A stretch of 64,000 nt of DNA from positions 930,001 through 994,000 of the forward strand of contig MU057801.1 of assembly GCA_013265495.1 (NCBI GenBank). The letters are read 5' to 3'. Below the pieces are notes generated by a model. That model was not told the origin of the DNA, did no database searches, and saw only the letters and a list, made by a program, of their open reading frames with translations. Of the stretch, positions 1 to 12,059 are shown in pieces (positions within the stretch are counted from its first letter, which is position 1; each line of letters begins with the position of its first letter). A program made the position numbers and the translations under genes. Origin of the DNA: Vicugna vicugna (taxonomy: Eukaryota).

Positions 1-679
1 ATTCTTCCATCATTCAAAAACGAGAATTTGACTAAGAAGTCACTCATGTCCCTGATGGGTGAGTAACATCCCAACACACATCCCCATTGTTCCACTTTCA
101 TCTTGACTTACACAAAGATATCAACACTTTCATCCATAGCAACCAATTGATGGGGGTACCAATGGCATTAGGGTCAGGCATTGACCGTTAAGCCACAGAG
201 CAAGCCGGATGGCTGGAGTTTTTAACAAGCACATATGAGACCCCCCCTGGGAGCCCCCAGAAATAACTGAGCTTGGCAGAGAGTGGTGCATAAAGAGATG
301 GGTCCTAATGAGCTGCCTTAATTGGCTACTAATGTCAGGGTGACCTCATTTGTACCTACAGCCAGTGAGACCCAGGGACATCCAGGTTACAATTAATGAT
401 GGATTGAGGGTGACATTTTGCATGACAAATACCAAAACAGCTTGGCAATGCTTTTCACTAAAAGGGTGAGGCTGTGTCTTCAGGGTGAACGAGACCAGCT
501 GAGGTGCGCACAGCTGGTGCTGCTGGCGAGGGACTGCGCTCACGGGAAGAGCGATGTGATGCAGCGCAAATCTGAAGACGTGGGTCCTGCCTGTGACTCT
601 GGAAATTACCAGCCTTGTGACTGGGGTCCATAGAACTTTGGATTTGCACTTCAGCAAAGCAGTCTCATGAGGTGGATGC

Positions 680-1045
680 CGCTGGAGCCCAGTCCTCAGG
701 GCTGTTGGACACTGGGGCTGCCGACGGCTCACAGCTGCCCATCTTTTCTGGAAAACTGCCCTCAGCAGATGGATCTGCCTCACCTGGGAAGTTACAGCCC
801 CCTCTCCCACCCCGGGCAGCCCCAGCTGATGACCTTGCCCCAAGACGGGCAACTCTGCAGCCTAGCTCGGGCTCGAAGACCCCTCGCCCACCATCGCATG
901 GATCAGCTGGGACCACATCCTTGGGGGACTCCTTCCTCTGCCCCATCCTGCTTCACCCCCTCCCTTACTGAGATTCCTCCCTCAACAGTTCACATGCATC
1001 TGAATCCCTGTCCCAGGCTCTGCTTCCTGAGGAGCCGACTTAAAG
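680..1045 (+). mobile_element. ERVL solo LTR fragment, LTR16-like
   Basis: gctcacagctgcc..gaaaactgccctc core and 3' end cacatgcatctgaatccctgtcccaggctctgcttcctgaggagccgacttaaa resemble the LTR16-family terminus. Confidence 0.6.
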
Positions 1046-1605
1046 GAGTTTTATTTTCCGATCTGTCAGTTTTGTAGCGTTGTCATTGTTTGAGGCCAAC
1101 CAGTGAGACTGGGTTGAACTGAGCCAGGTAGTGAGCCATGGGAACACCTGCAGGGGCCGAGGTCCAGGGGCGGGGCTGGTGTTCGGGGGCGGGGATGGGG
1201 TGGGGCGGGGCTGGGGAGGGTGTTGAAAGGACACTCAGGAGCAGTCATCCCAGTTAAAGGGAGGTTGTTGCCAAGTAAGGAAGTCGGTAGCAGACACGAG
1301 TCAGCTCCAGGAGGAGGTGAGGCCAGGACAGAGCCCAAGAGGGGACACAAAATCCTCCAGGAGTGAGTTGGGCCAGGCTGGTTGGGGGTCAGGCTGGGCC
1401 CGACCAGGAAAAGTCAAGTAAGTCCACCTGAAAATGGAGGTTCTGCATCGTTTCTGTTCGAGTAAGTGGGTCTCACCGGCTAACTGTGGTCTAGACCACG
1501 TGTTGCCTTTCTGAAAGCAAGACAAGGAAACCTCCCCTGAGGTCCTCCAGACCTGAGCCTGTGGGACTCTGTGTGGGTAAAATTACATCAAGAAACACCA
1601 CTTGG

Positions 1606-1740
1606 GAGGGAGGAGTGTATAGCTCAGTGGTACATGCCTAGCATGCAAGATGCCTTGGGCTCAATCCATTAAAAATAAATAAATAAGCCTAATTACCCCC
1701 CCTCAAAAAACCTCCACAAAATTAAAAAAAAAAAGAAAGA
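1606..1740 (+). mobile_element. tRNA-Ala-derived SINE (camelid vic-1-like), internally deleted
   Basis: A box tagctcagtgg, degenerate B box gggctcaatcc, aaataaataaataagcctaattacccc tail; TSD aagaaacaccacttgg (1590-1605) / aagaaataccagttgg (1741-1756). Confidence 0.85.
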
Positions 1741-1789
1741 AAGAAATACCAGTTGGGGAAGCTGAGATGCCTTTTGGTGGCATTAAGAT

Positions 1790-2070
1790 AAACCAAGAAA
1801 TATCAGACTTGCAGGACACAGTGAGAGCCTTTAGTTCATGTCTCAGGAAAGAAAAAAGGCTGAAACCCCATGGTCTAAGCTACCACATCCAGAAGCCAGA
1901 AGAACCGCAAAGCAGAGGAGAGAAAATAAAAGAAATAAAGGAGCAGAAAGCAAGGAAACAGGAAATAAACATATAGTAGAGAAAATCCATAAAGCCAAAA
2001 GCGGGCTATTTGAAGACTGATAAAATTCATAAACCTCTAGCAAGACTGAGCAAGAAAAAGAGAAGCGAGA
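1790..2070 (+). mobile_element. Decayed L1 ORF2 fragment
   Basis: A-rich; translates to EKIHKAKSGLFE then KPLARLSKKKR, resembling L1 ORF2 KINxxKSWFFEKINKIDKPLARL; frameshifted. Confidence 0.7.
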
Positions 2071-2344
2071 TGAGTTCCTGTCGTCAGGAAACTAGACTCA
2101 CTCTGCGTTAAGCGCCCTTGGAAAGGGAGCAGACTTCGAGAGGCATCCCTGGTGGGTCAGGGTCAGGAGCCCAGAGGCCACCTGTCATCCAGCCAGCATC
2201 CTGGGTCACTTGACTGTTTGTGGCAGATTCTCCACTTTAGAGCTCGGACATGATGCTAGAATCAGTTTTTTATATGAACACACGCCTTCTGAGGTTGAGA
2301 TTAAAGACACAGAGCAAAGATTAGGTCTAAAACTAATATTGAGC

Positions 2345-2700
2345 TGCCTTGGGGTGGGCTCCCCAGAGACAGACCCCAAGACAAGGCTTCTGGTGTATGG
2401 GGTGGGGGGCAGCTCCAAGAAGCACCAGTAGGTACATCATCTCCCAGGACAGCCACCGCCACTCCACCTCCCTGGGCGGCACACCGCTCCTCTCACTGAT
2501 GGGGTCTGTGCCCCCAACTGGACCTGGGCGGGCTCTGTAAGTTCCCGGCCACAGGCTGCGGGGGAGTGCTGCTCTGGGACCTCCCAGCCTGGGATGTAGA
2601 GGGCTGGCTGCCTCTGCTTCCTCTGTGCCCAAGGAACCCCGCTGCCCAGCTGTAAGGCAGCTCGGGCTGGACCACTGATCATCGAGTAAAGGGGGTCCGT
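2345..2700 (-). mobile_element. LTR16/LTR33-like ERVL LTR fragment
   Basis: cttggggtgggctccccagagacagaccccaagacaagg is the reverse complement of the family 3' end. Confidence 0.5.
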
Positions 2701-3209
2701 GCCAGGTGCCCTGAAGAGCTGGTGCCTGTTTGGGCACCTGGGCTCGGTCTGGCCGGGAGCTTCTGGCAGGGGACGGACAGCCTGCCTTGGCATTGCCTGA
2801 CATGAGACGTGAGGAAGGTGAGGTGTTCGTGCGCTGACACCCATCGTCTGGGTGGAGGGCTGCTCCACGAGGCGTGAACTGCACTTGTGTGAGAGCCGTG
2901 CTGCTCCTGCAGCCAGAGACTGGCCGGAGCTGGTCGGAGGAAGATGCCGCAGGCACGGGAGCTGTGGGGCCCTGGGCTCCGAGCAGGGCCAGCAGGGTCC
3001 CCACGGGCTACGTGACCCAGCCCGTGAGCAACTCCGAACCCACTTCTCCCATCTAACCGACTTCTGCCTCAAACTCACAACCACGTCACATGCATTGGTT
3101 TTTAACTTTCTTCCTGGCATGATGTAGCGTTTTCTTTTCATTATTCTAACTCCTATTTTACCTTCTAAGTTCAGCTTGAACATTATCTCCTCTTGGAAAC
3201 TCTCAGTAT

Positions 3210-3597
3210 TAATTAAATCCCTTTCAGTTACACAATTAAAAAAAAAAGAGAGAGAGACTCAACTCAAATGGCCTTGAACAGAAGAGAAATTATTGATTCA
3301 TTAAAGTGCAAAGTTCTGTCGTAGGCAGGCTTCAGGCTCAGCTTGACCAAGGCTCAGTTGACATCCCCAGAAAATGGTTTCTCTCAGTTTTTGGATTCAG
3401 CCCATAATTAAATCCCTTTCAGTTACACAATTAAAAAAAAAGAGAGAGAGACTCAACTCAAATGGCCTTGAACAGAAGAGAAATTATTGATTCATTAAAG
3501 TGCAAAGTTCTGTCGTAGGCAGGCTTCAGGCTCAGCTTGACCAAGGCTCAGTTGACATCCCCAGAAAATGGTTTCTCTCAGTTTTTGGATTCAGCCC
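3210..3597. repeat. Near-perfect tandem duplication, 194 + 193 bp
   Basis: 3210-3403 and 3405-3597 are identical by eye except A10 vs A9. Confidence 0.95.
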
Positions 3598-3960
3598 TCC
3601 TCACCTCCATGTAGTGTCTTTATTTTCAGGCTCCAGATAATGGCAGGCTGGCTCTACTGCCCTCACCCACCACCTTCTCAATTTTGATGGAGAAGAAAGA
3701 GATTTTCTTTCCAGCAGCCCTTATATCCTACAGTCTGCTAGCACCAGACCAGTTTAGGTCACATGCTTGTCTCTAAACCAATCAGTGCGGCTGGAGGAAA
3801 GAACACGCTGTTGCCTCTGGCCTGCGTCATATGCTCTGGCCCTGGGTCTTGGGCTTCGTTTGAACTGATGGATGATGGATTGGACCACAGGTCTGCTTCC
3901 TGAAGAGGGTGAGGGAGTGCTGAGGGAAATAAGGCAGAAACACCCTTTGCTCCTCTCCTA
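3220..3960 (-). mobile_element. Old MaLR LTR (MLT1J/K/L-like), containing the duplication
   Basis: actcaactcaaatggccttgaacagaagagaaattattgattca..ggcttcaggctcagcttgaccaaggctca, and ggtcacatgcttgtctctaaaccaatca. Confidence 0.55.
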
Positions 3961-4059
3961 ACCACCTTACCTGCACCCATCCAGCTTGAACTAAACGCCC
4001 TTACGCCGTGACCTTAGCATTCGCCGTGCTGTGCTGTAGCGGAGATCACGTGATTCTCT

Positions 4060-4196
4060 CCACCGATGCCTTGTAAAAACCCTGGGACAGGGACCATGAG
4101 GGATGTGTTTCTGTATCTTCACACATGCTCACCCCCACCAGCATTACAAATTAACTAAATAGTCAGTAAATGCTTGCGGAATGAATGAATGAATAT
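4060..4196 (+). mobile_element. L2 3' end
   Basis: gggacagggaccat..cagtaaatgcttgcggaatgaatgaatgaat. Confidence 0.65.
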
Positions 4197-4304
4197 GAAG
4201 GACCAGGCAAATTACCAAGTAACCACTTACATTAGGATGAGTACACAGACACGGAAACAAAGACAAGTCTCCAGCTAAGGGACCGAGGTTTTGTTTGTTC
4301 TGTA

Positions 4305-4830
4305 AATTTTATTAAAATATAACATGCATGTACATATATGTGCGTCCATCATGATCGATCAGTGAATTTTCACAAACTGAGCCACTTACACAACCAGAAC
4401 CCACACCGAGTCATTACCAGACCCCAAAAGCTCCACTGACTGCCCACCCCCAGGACGGCTGCACCCCTGACTTCCAGCACCGCGCATCAGGTTCGCTTGT
4501 TTCTGCGCCCTGCAGATCGTTCATTCTCATTTTTGTACGGCAGAGTAGTCCTTTATGGGGAAGTGCCATAACTTATTTACCCATTCAACCGGTGGGGGGT
4601 ATTCAGGTAGCTTCCAGTTTGGGGCTGTTATAAATAGTGCCGCAACCACCGTTCTGGTAAGTGTCTCGTTGGTGAACATTTAGGCACATTTCTGAGTATA
4701 CCTAGCAGCGGAATTGATGTCATAAGGCAGGCATGTATTCAGCTTCAGAAAATGCTTCCAAAATGGGGATGCCAATTTCCAACGCAGCCAAGTGTGAGAA
4801 TTCGATTGAGTTTTGCAGTTTTTGTCTGTG
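4305..4830 (-). mobile_element. Old L1M 3' fragment
   Basis: tttattaaaatataacat..gtgaattttcacaaactga; ttatttacccattc..ttccagtttggggctgttataaatagtgc. Confidence 0.75.
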
Positions 4831-4906
4831 CACCTCGTGAACACATTTTACGTACCTTCCCAGAGCTATGCACACAATAGATGCTTGATAAATGCTTGCT
4901 AAATGC

Positions 4907-5017
4907 AGAGAGGGAGGGAGGGAGGGAGGGAGGGAGGAAGGATGGAAGGAAGGAAGGAAGGAAGGAAGGAAGGAAGGAAGGAAGGAAGGAAGGAAGGAAA
5001 GGAAAGGAAAGGAAGGA
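4907..5017. repeat. Compound (GGGA)n(GGAA)n(GGAAA)n microsatellite
   Basis: Directly visible; follows an L2-like tail at ~4870-4905. Confidence 0.97.
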
Positions 5018-6169
5018 CCACAGTGAAGATCCCTGAAGAGCCACAGAATTTGCTGAAGGCAAACTTTCCCTTTCCTTGACTACAATGTGAATTAAACGAA
5101 AGACTTTGTGGGGGATTTCATTCATAATCCCTTCAAAATGAGTTAGTCCTGCTATGTACTAAATGGATTACGTTTGAATCCCCAAAACAAATCCAACTGC
5201 AATTAATGTTTTAATAAACCGATCGCTAGTGTGTGCAATACCCACACCTCGTCAGGAGGGATTGCATTGTATTTATAAACATTAATTAGGTGTTTGTTAT
5301 TGTCAAACCAAATTTAAAATAAATCCACAGCATCACTGGCCACTTGGGTGGAAAAATCTCGGTGGTGACTGTAATTAGAAAACAGATGTAAGAGAATGGC
5401 ATTAATTAGTTAGCTAATGGCGAGCTGCCACTAATTGAAACGGGGAGCACTTATCTCGCAGGATGATAAAATATCTTAGGTGTGAGAGTGAGTGAGCCCC
5501 TTTGGGTATTAATAATAAGCCAAAATATTCATTTAACCCTTTCCTTGGGGCATTTTCACACAAACTCACAATGAAGTCGGTATTCATTGCCAAATAAAAT
5601 ACAGAGTTATAAAATTTTTTTTTGAAGGAGGAAAGAAAGGAAAAGGAGGTATCTGGCAAGATGAAAGGAAATCTGCTCTTTCCAAAATAGGGAAGGGGTT
5701 CCTGGTGTCCAGATCTACTCTTGGCGCTTGTCATTCTAAAACTCCCCTGGGACAGGCGGCTCCTCTTCTCCTGGTTCTTCGGCTCCTTTGGACGCTCATT
5801 CGCAGTTTCCTTGCTGGCTCTCCTCCCTCCAGCCCAAACACCGGTGCTTGCTGGAGTTCCAGAGGTTTCACCTTTTTGTCTCGCACACTCTCGCCCAGGG
5901 TGGTCTCATCCGAGCTGCGACTTCAGCCTCCGCCTGTGTGCGGAGCCTTGGGTCCGCGTCCGGGGCCCGAGCCGTCAGGCTGCAGGCTCTAGTGTCCCAT
6001 GGCCTGCTCGCGTTTCCTGCCGGACTGTCCACAGCGACTTTGCCGCAGACACTACTTGATGCTTTGCCCAGAAGCCCTTGGAGCCTTTTTGTTATTTCTG
6101 TGTTCCCCTTCTCCAGTCTCCACGAGGTTGATTCTGCCTGCCCGCACCCGCTGTGAGAACTCTGTCTCT

Positions 6170-6366
6170 ACACCTAGAGAGCCGGTAGCACCAGGTCCCC
6201 GGGGCGGGGGTGGCAGCCAGGCTGAGGCTGGGGCCTGACGTGAAATCTTATTCCTGTCCTGCTTCCTCACCCCTCACCTGTCTCCCCTGGGAGCCCACCC
6301 TCCATGAGTTACATGCACACGAATCCTCTTCTCAAGGTCTGTTTCCCGCAGACCTGTCCTCTAAGA
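6170..6366 (+). mobile_element. LTR16-like LTR 3' fragment
   Basis: acatgcacacgaatcctcttctcaaggtctgtttcc..ctaagac. Confidence 0.55.
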
Positions 6367-6759
6367 CGTCATACTTCCCTGCCCCGATAGGAGGACCACG
6401 TGCCATCCTGCATCCGAGGGGCCACGTGACAATTCTCCACCACGGAAACGGAAGTGATGTGTCTCCTCCAGGCCAAGGTTTCCAAGAAGTCGGGGGGCCT
6501 CCTCCAGCCCCTCCTGCTCCCTGTGTCTCGGGGCCAGAGGAAGCTGAGGACTGCGGAACCCCAAGAGAGAAATGATCTGGGCCACTGCAGCCCACATGGA
6601 GGGAAGCCCTCCAACGGACCGGAACATGCACCACTGAACTGTGACACGAGCCAGAAACCCGCTTCCATGGTCCGAAGCCCACTGCGATCTGGCCGTCTGT
6701 TCCTGAGGGCTGCCGGCGTGCCCTTGACTCTCACGTGATCCTGCTGGGTTCCTCTCTGC

Positions 6760-7200
6760 CACTGGTGTGTTAGCTCCTGACCTGGTTCCCATTCTTCCCG
6801 CCCTCCCAAATCTGCTCCTTACCTATCCACCCGAATACAGCAACCTAATGGAAGTGCAAACCCAACCCCGCATGTCCTTCGCTCTTTAAAGCTCTTGAAT
6901 CGTCCCATGTCCTGTTACGTACAGAATAAAGTCAAGTTCCCTGGCATCATAAGAGCCCCCGTGACTGAGAGCTCCTCTCCTGCCATTCATGGCCGTGTAA
7001 TTTTCACCCCGGAAGTGCCTGCCTGCTTACAGCTCATGCCTGCCCAGTCTTTCCTTGCATTTGCCTGATTGGTTCCTACTGGTCCTTTAAGGCTTGGCTT
7101 GGACAAGACGCCACCTTTGGGTCCCCTGCGCTGCATTAACCCTCCCCAAGGGCTTCGCTCCACGAGGCATGGAACACCCACTTCCTGCTCCCTCTCCCGG
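6760..7200 (+). mobile_element. L2 fragment
   Basis: ctctttaaagctcttgaatcgtccc..agaataaagtcaagttccctggcat..ttgcatttgcctgattggttcct. Confidence 0.5.
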
Positions 7201-9029
7201 ATCATCCCGCATCCTGAAAGCAGAGAACTCTGCCTTATATTCCAGAACCTGCTCTATCCCTCCTGCCAATCAGAAGGTTGTTTCCAGGTTCTGAGATCAT
7301 TTTCAAGCTCAACAAATAAGCAAGGTAAGCACAGCCGGAAAAAAAAAAAAGCCCCGCATTCTGCCATTTACTTGACATCGCTGGGGTGCGCTGAGGAGCG
7401 ATATGACAGTTACGGGGTGGAGGCAGGGCTAGGGTTGGATGATCTCTCTGAAGGGAGCAAGAGGGAAATGAGAAGTTGAGCGCAGAGGGGTGGGACTGTG
7501 GGCCTCTGGTCGGAAATCCTATTTCAGACCCAGAAGGAGATGTCACTCGGCTGGTCCAGGCATTAACTGCATGTTGAGAGCACGGAGCCCGCACTGAGTT
7601 GCTCCTTGCCGGGGTCCATCCACCTGTCAGCGGCCAGTCCGGACTAGAACCAGAAGCGTGAGCTGGGGAGAAGAGTAAGTCTGAAACGGAACGGTTCTTT
7701 TTCAGCTCTGTCCTGAAATTTTAAAGTTGTATTCATTCTGGCTTTGACAGACTTCACGAGCCATTCCTCTGTCTGTGGGTCTTACAGAAATAAGCATTTA
7801 AAGGAACATGTGTCCACTGGAAAGTAAACACTAGAGCTGCTGGCTTGCTCGTGCGGTGGAAGAGGGGCTGCTTCGTGAAATGCAGCAGACGAGGTCATCT
7901 CCGAAGAGGCCCCTAAATCACTGAACGGCCAGAGGGACTCCCAGCCGGCCTCACCAGCGTCCGCGTGAAATTGGTACGTATCAGCACCAACTAATAAATT
8001 TGACTTGGGGCCTGGTTTTCTGACATTTGCTCAAATCCTCAGAGAACTGTGGCTACTGTAAACCTGTGTACAGTATTTGAATTCTGAATTGCTATGCGTG
8101 GTTGGCTGCCCGCCGGGATGGGAAATAAAACTCCATAATAGAATGTCATTTTTTAAAAGTCTGGGCGTTATGAGTGGCGGTGCTGTTGTATGACAAACTC
8201 ATGTTTCTTTTTTGTCTCAAAGGTTTTATTCTCCAGGAAAACTCATTTGCATTGTTGTCCCATATGGGGGCTTGGACATCCCGGTCCATGATAAAGATGC
8301 AGAACAGAATTAGGTCACTAGGCACGCTCTTTTTTCTTTTAATAACCCCGTCCAACCTCCTCCTTCTTAATCCCAAGCAGACAAAAGCAATGGAAGCTAA
8401 ACCGTCCAGAGCCGTGATAGGAAAGGCGGACGAGCAAAGCCACCAACGTGCAGCCATTCACTCGCTGTGGATGTGTTTAATTAATCCCATGTGGACTGGT
8501 CTTATTCAAATAAAACTATATTTTATAGGACGGCCGCCTTGTTTCCTGGTCTGCGTGGTGACCCCTGATGGAGGCAGCTGGGCTGCTTTAAGCCGCCAGT
8601 TATTACGGCTCTGGCTTCTCTCTGCTAATGGCATCATTCCGGGAAGAATCTGTATTCTGTGCAGAGTGGAAACATCCCCAGTGGGTAAGGAATTAGGAGA
8701 ACATGCGAAGGGTACGAAGCAGCAGCAGCAGCAGGCAGCGGAGGGGAGGGGGGCTGCTCGGTCCCAGATGCGACCCCAGGCAGGCGGCGAGCTGGGAGCT
8801 TGGATGCCTTCCACGGGCTGGCTGGCACCACGTGGGCAGGCCCTCGCGGTGCCCGGCGGAGCTCTGAGAGGCTGTTTGCTACTGCAGTCCTGTCCAGCCC
8901 TCTGGCTTCCCCCCACTTCCCAGCCAGGACAATCCCACGCTGGTGAATTAGAGGTCAAGTTTCCAGCGTAGCGGCAATGTCAGAGAACTCGCAGCTCGTG
9001 CCTAGGACGTGTCCCGCCTTCTCTGGCAC

Positions 9030-9200
9030 TGATCCATCCAGTCCTCGCTCACTAAAACCCTATGAGCCGGCCGTCGTCATTCCTCCCATTACAGACCTGG
9101 AGACCGAGGCACGGGATGGTGAAGAGACATGTCCAGAATCACTTGGGTATCCGGGAGTCAAACCGAACCAGCTGGGCTCAGAAGTGACGCCCTTCACCTC
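9030..9200 (-). mobile_element. MIR
   Basis: ccctatgag..cccattacagacctggagaccgaggcacggga matches the reverse MIR core. Confidence 0.7.
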
Positions 9201-10999
9201 TGCGCGCCCAGCCTCCCGGGGGACTTGACTTCACACCAGCCAAGACTTGAATATTTAGGGCGTTTCTTTCAGAAGTGTCTTGTGCCCCTGACCGTGCGTA
9301 ATAGCCGCACTGCTCCGTCCCAGTCCCAAACTGGGACTCACCCGCCCGCCCATCGAGCAGAAGGTAGAAAGATGGAGGCACCCGCAGCAGCCAGAGGCTT
9401 GACAGCCCAGCTCCCATGGAGGCTGAACCACAGACCAGGTGTGGCGAGAGGACGGCCCGCACGGAAGCACACACACTGTCCGCGTCCACCTGCGCGCGTC
9501 TCCGGTGTCAGCGCTCGGGGTCGTGGCTGCCCTGCTCGGGGGCTGATGACCGGGCGGGGCCGCGAGAGGACGGGCCTGGTTTAATTCTTCGCCTGGAAAC
9601 TGGTCACAGGACAGTCTTCATTCTGTGCAGATTCAAGTCAGCACAGGGCTGTGGACTCTTTTCTGCAGGTAGGTTTTCTTGGTGAAAAGAAAAAAGAGGT
9701 TTTTGAACCATGACCCAAGAAAGTGACTTGTTAGGCCCTCAGAACTGATGCTCAAACACTGTCTGTAAGAGAGATCCAGCTCCTCACCAGGAACGGCCTG
9801 AGGGCCGCTGGCTGAAGGCTCTGAGGGCGTAAGGGTGGCAGAAGGACAGTCCCTTTGACCGTCACCCTGCGGCTTCACTCCACGTGCTGCTGAGCCACCG
9901 CCTGGCTGCAGGGCCTTGGGTGGGCAGGTCACCTGGGCGAGCGTGGTCTGTGCGGGTGGTTTAGGCGCTCTCTTGAGGTCGTTTCCCTGGGAGAGGAGCT
10001 GCGACAAAGACGACACCGAGGGTCGCGGGGAGAAGTGCTCTGGACCGAACGTCCCGTTAGGGAGGTTTGCCCCCGCCAGCGTGGGCTGAGACGCTCCTCG
10101 CTGTTCCCCAGCTTTTGTTTTATTTATATTTTTGACTTTTTCATTCCAGGGGATTTGTTTCATCCTTCTGCCCAGGTTTCCAGAACCCCACCTCTCAGCC
10201 GCCCTAAGGGTCCCTGCCTTGAAGAAGCTGGAGCCACCCCGTTGTTGTGGAATGCACACTGCTTTTCCTTGATGCAACGAATCGTTGTTTAGATACTTGG
10301 TTTGGAAGGCTTTCCATTTCGCAGAGGCTTCTGAGTGCCACGTGCCCACAGCTGGAGCAGGGAGAGTCCCAGGAGCAAACAGCGTTAGCCAGTGACGTCC
10401 CCTCCAGCCTCTCTGTGGGTCAAATATTTTGGCAAACTTAACTGACACCCAGCAGGGTCTAATGCGGGTAATTGTTGAGATGTGATGAGGGAAGAAAAGG
10501 CAGGCCGGTTGGTTTTGGGAAATGGCAAATTTTTTGATTCGGGTTTTCAGAACTTGTCTATTTTATCATCAAAATTCTCATCAAAAGAGTGAGAATAAAA
10601 CTTCTTACTTTTATAGGAGACGACACTGCTCTGTGACCTCTAGGGGAACATCCGTCGAGCTCCTCAGAAAGTCACCTGACACCCCGCTCTGGTTCGGCTC
10701 TCTCAAATGAGAAGACTGGGTTTTCTCCTGCTGCTTCTGTCTCAGGAGTGACTTTTCAGGTGGAGACAAAGGCTTAGAACAGCTACCAGGTCATTCTGAG
10801 ACTTGGTACTGAGCCCAAGTGTAACACAACAGTTGAATTTCGAATGCAGATGTGTTTCCTAACTTGCATTTGTGATCCTTTTGTGAAAGATTTGACGTTA
10901 GAAGATACTGACTTCTATCCTTTATTTTATCACTTCCAGCATGTTTTACAGTCATTTAAAGTTGTGTGTATGTGTCTGTGTTCAAAAGTAAGATAAAGT

Positions 11000-11178
11000 T
11001 ACTGCATGGCCCAGGGAACTATATTCCATACCCTGTAGTAACCTATAATGAAAAAGAATATGAAAACGAACACATGTGTGTACATGTATGTCTGCAGCCT
11101 TGAAGCATGTGCTCTACACCAGAAATGGACACAACATTGTAAACTGACTGCTTCAGTTAGAAAAAGAATGCAAAACAA
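11000..11178 (+). mobile_element. Lineage L1 3' UTR, 5'-truncated
   Basis: cagggaactatattc..acctataatgaaaaagaatatgaaaa..acaccagaaatggacacaacattgtaaactgact; same motif as 45885-46010. Confidence 0.75.
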
Positions 11179-12059
11179 ATTCGTTTAAGTGGAATAAAGA
11201 AATCCCACTGGCTTTTAGGGGGATGTTTTTCCTTGATTTAACAGATATAGAGAAAAGGGTACCAATTCTAAGGTTATGGCCAGTGAATTTTCACAAAGCG
11301 AATACACTGTGGGTCCCCCAAGTTTGCCCGGCGCCGTGGCAGCCAGTCAGCCCAGGCAGTGACTATGGCAGGCACTTCTGGCGCCCACAAGGCAGCCCCT
11401 CAGCCTACCCCCCGTCAGCCACAGCCCGGGCGGACCAGCCCCGTGTGAGCTCAGAGTCACACGGAAGCTTCTCACCTTGAAGACCATCCTCGGCGACTGT
11501 CGGCTTGGCGTCTTAGAGCTTCTCTGGAGCGGCTGGAGGGCTCAGCCCCAGTCCACAAGCACGACCTGGAGATGTATTTCCAGGAGAGAGGGCCCTCCAG
11601 CCAGCGCAGACAGGGTTGGTGGTGGAGCCCCAGCCGCTCTTCCTTTCCAGACAGTTTTGGGAGGAGCTCTGTGTGCTCGGAGCTCCTGCTGGGAGCCAGG
11701 CGCAGCCGCCCCGGGCCCAGTCCGGCTGTGCTGCGTCCCCTCGTCCCGCGCTCGCTCTCCCGGCCCCCCGCACCGGCTCCCTGGGCACGCCTCCCGGCCA
11801 CACCACCTGCATCCGAGTCCTCGGCCCAGGCTCGGCCGTGCCAGAAACTAGCCGTAAGACGGCTGCATGGAAGGGTGTCTGACAGTGGTTCCCTGGAAGA
11901 CGGTGTCTTCCTCAAGACCCACCAGCCCTTGGCTGCCTTCTGAGGAGTCATAAGGCTGAGAGCAGCACCGGGTTAGCCAGGCTCAATGGCATAAAACACG
12001 TGGCCTTGGTAGTCCAATCCTCTGTGTGTGCCAGACCAACCCCAAATTTCTTGGGGTTG

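Noticed and set aside
2333..3183. Overlapping 223- and 248-aa ORFs
   Set aside because: Overlap an LTR fragment and GC-rich sequence; multiple open frames reflect stop-codon scarcity
8174..8971. 265-aa ORF with a short poly-Q
   Set aside because: GTG start, no recognisable domain, composition shifts from AT-rich to GC-rich; (CAG)5 is too short to be meaningful
9633..10448. 271-aa minus-strand ORF
   Set aside because: Non-ATG start, low-complexity P/A/G/S content, no family resemblance; expected by chance in GC-rich DNA
11340..11950. GC/CpG-rich patch as a third CpG island (also ~9440-9580 and ~5890-6050)
   Set aside because: Short, lacks clear promoter motifs, and background CpG is high throughout the window; not distinguishable from neutral GC enrichment by eye
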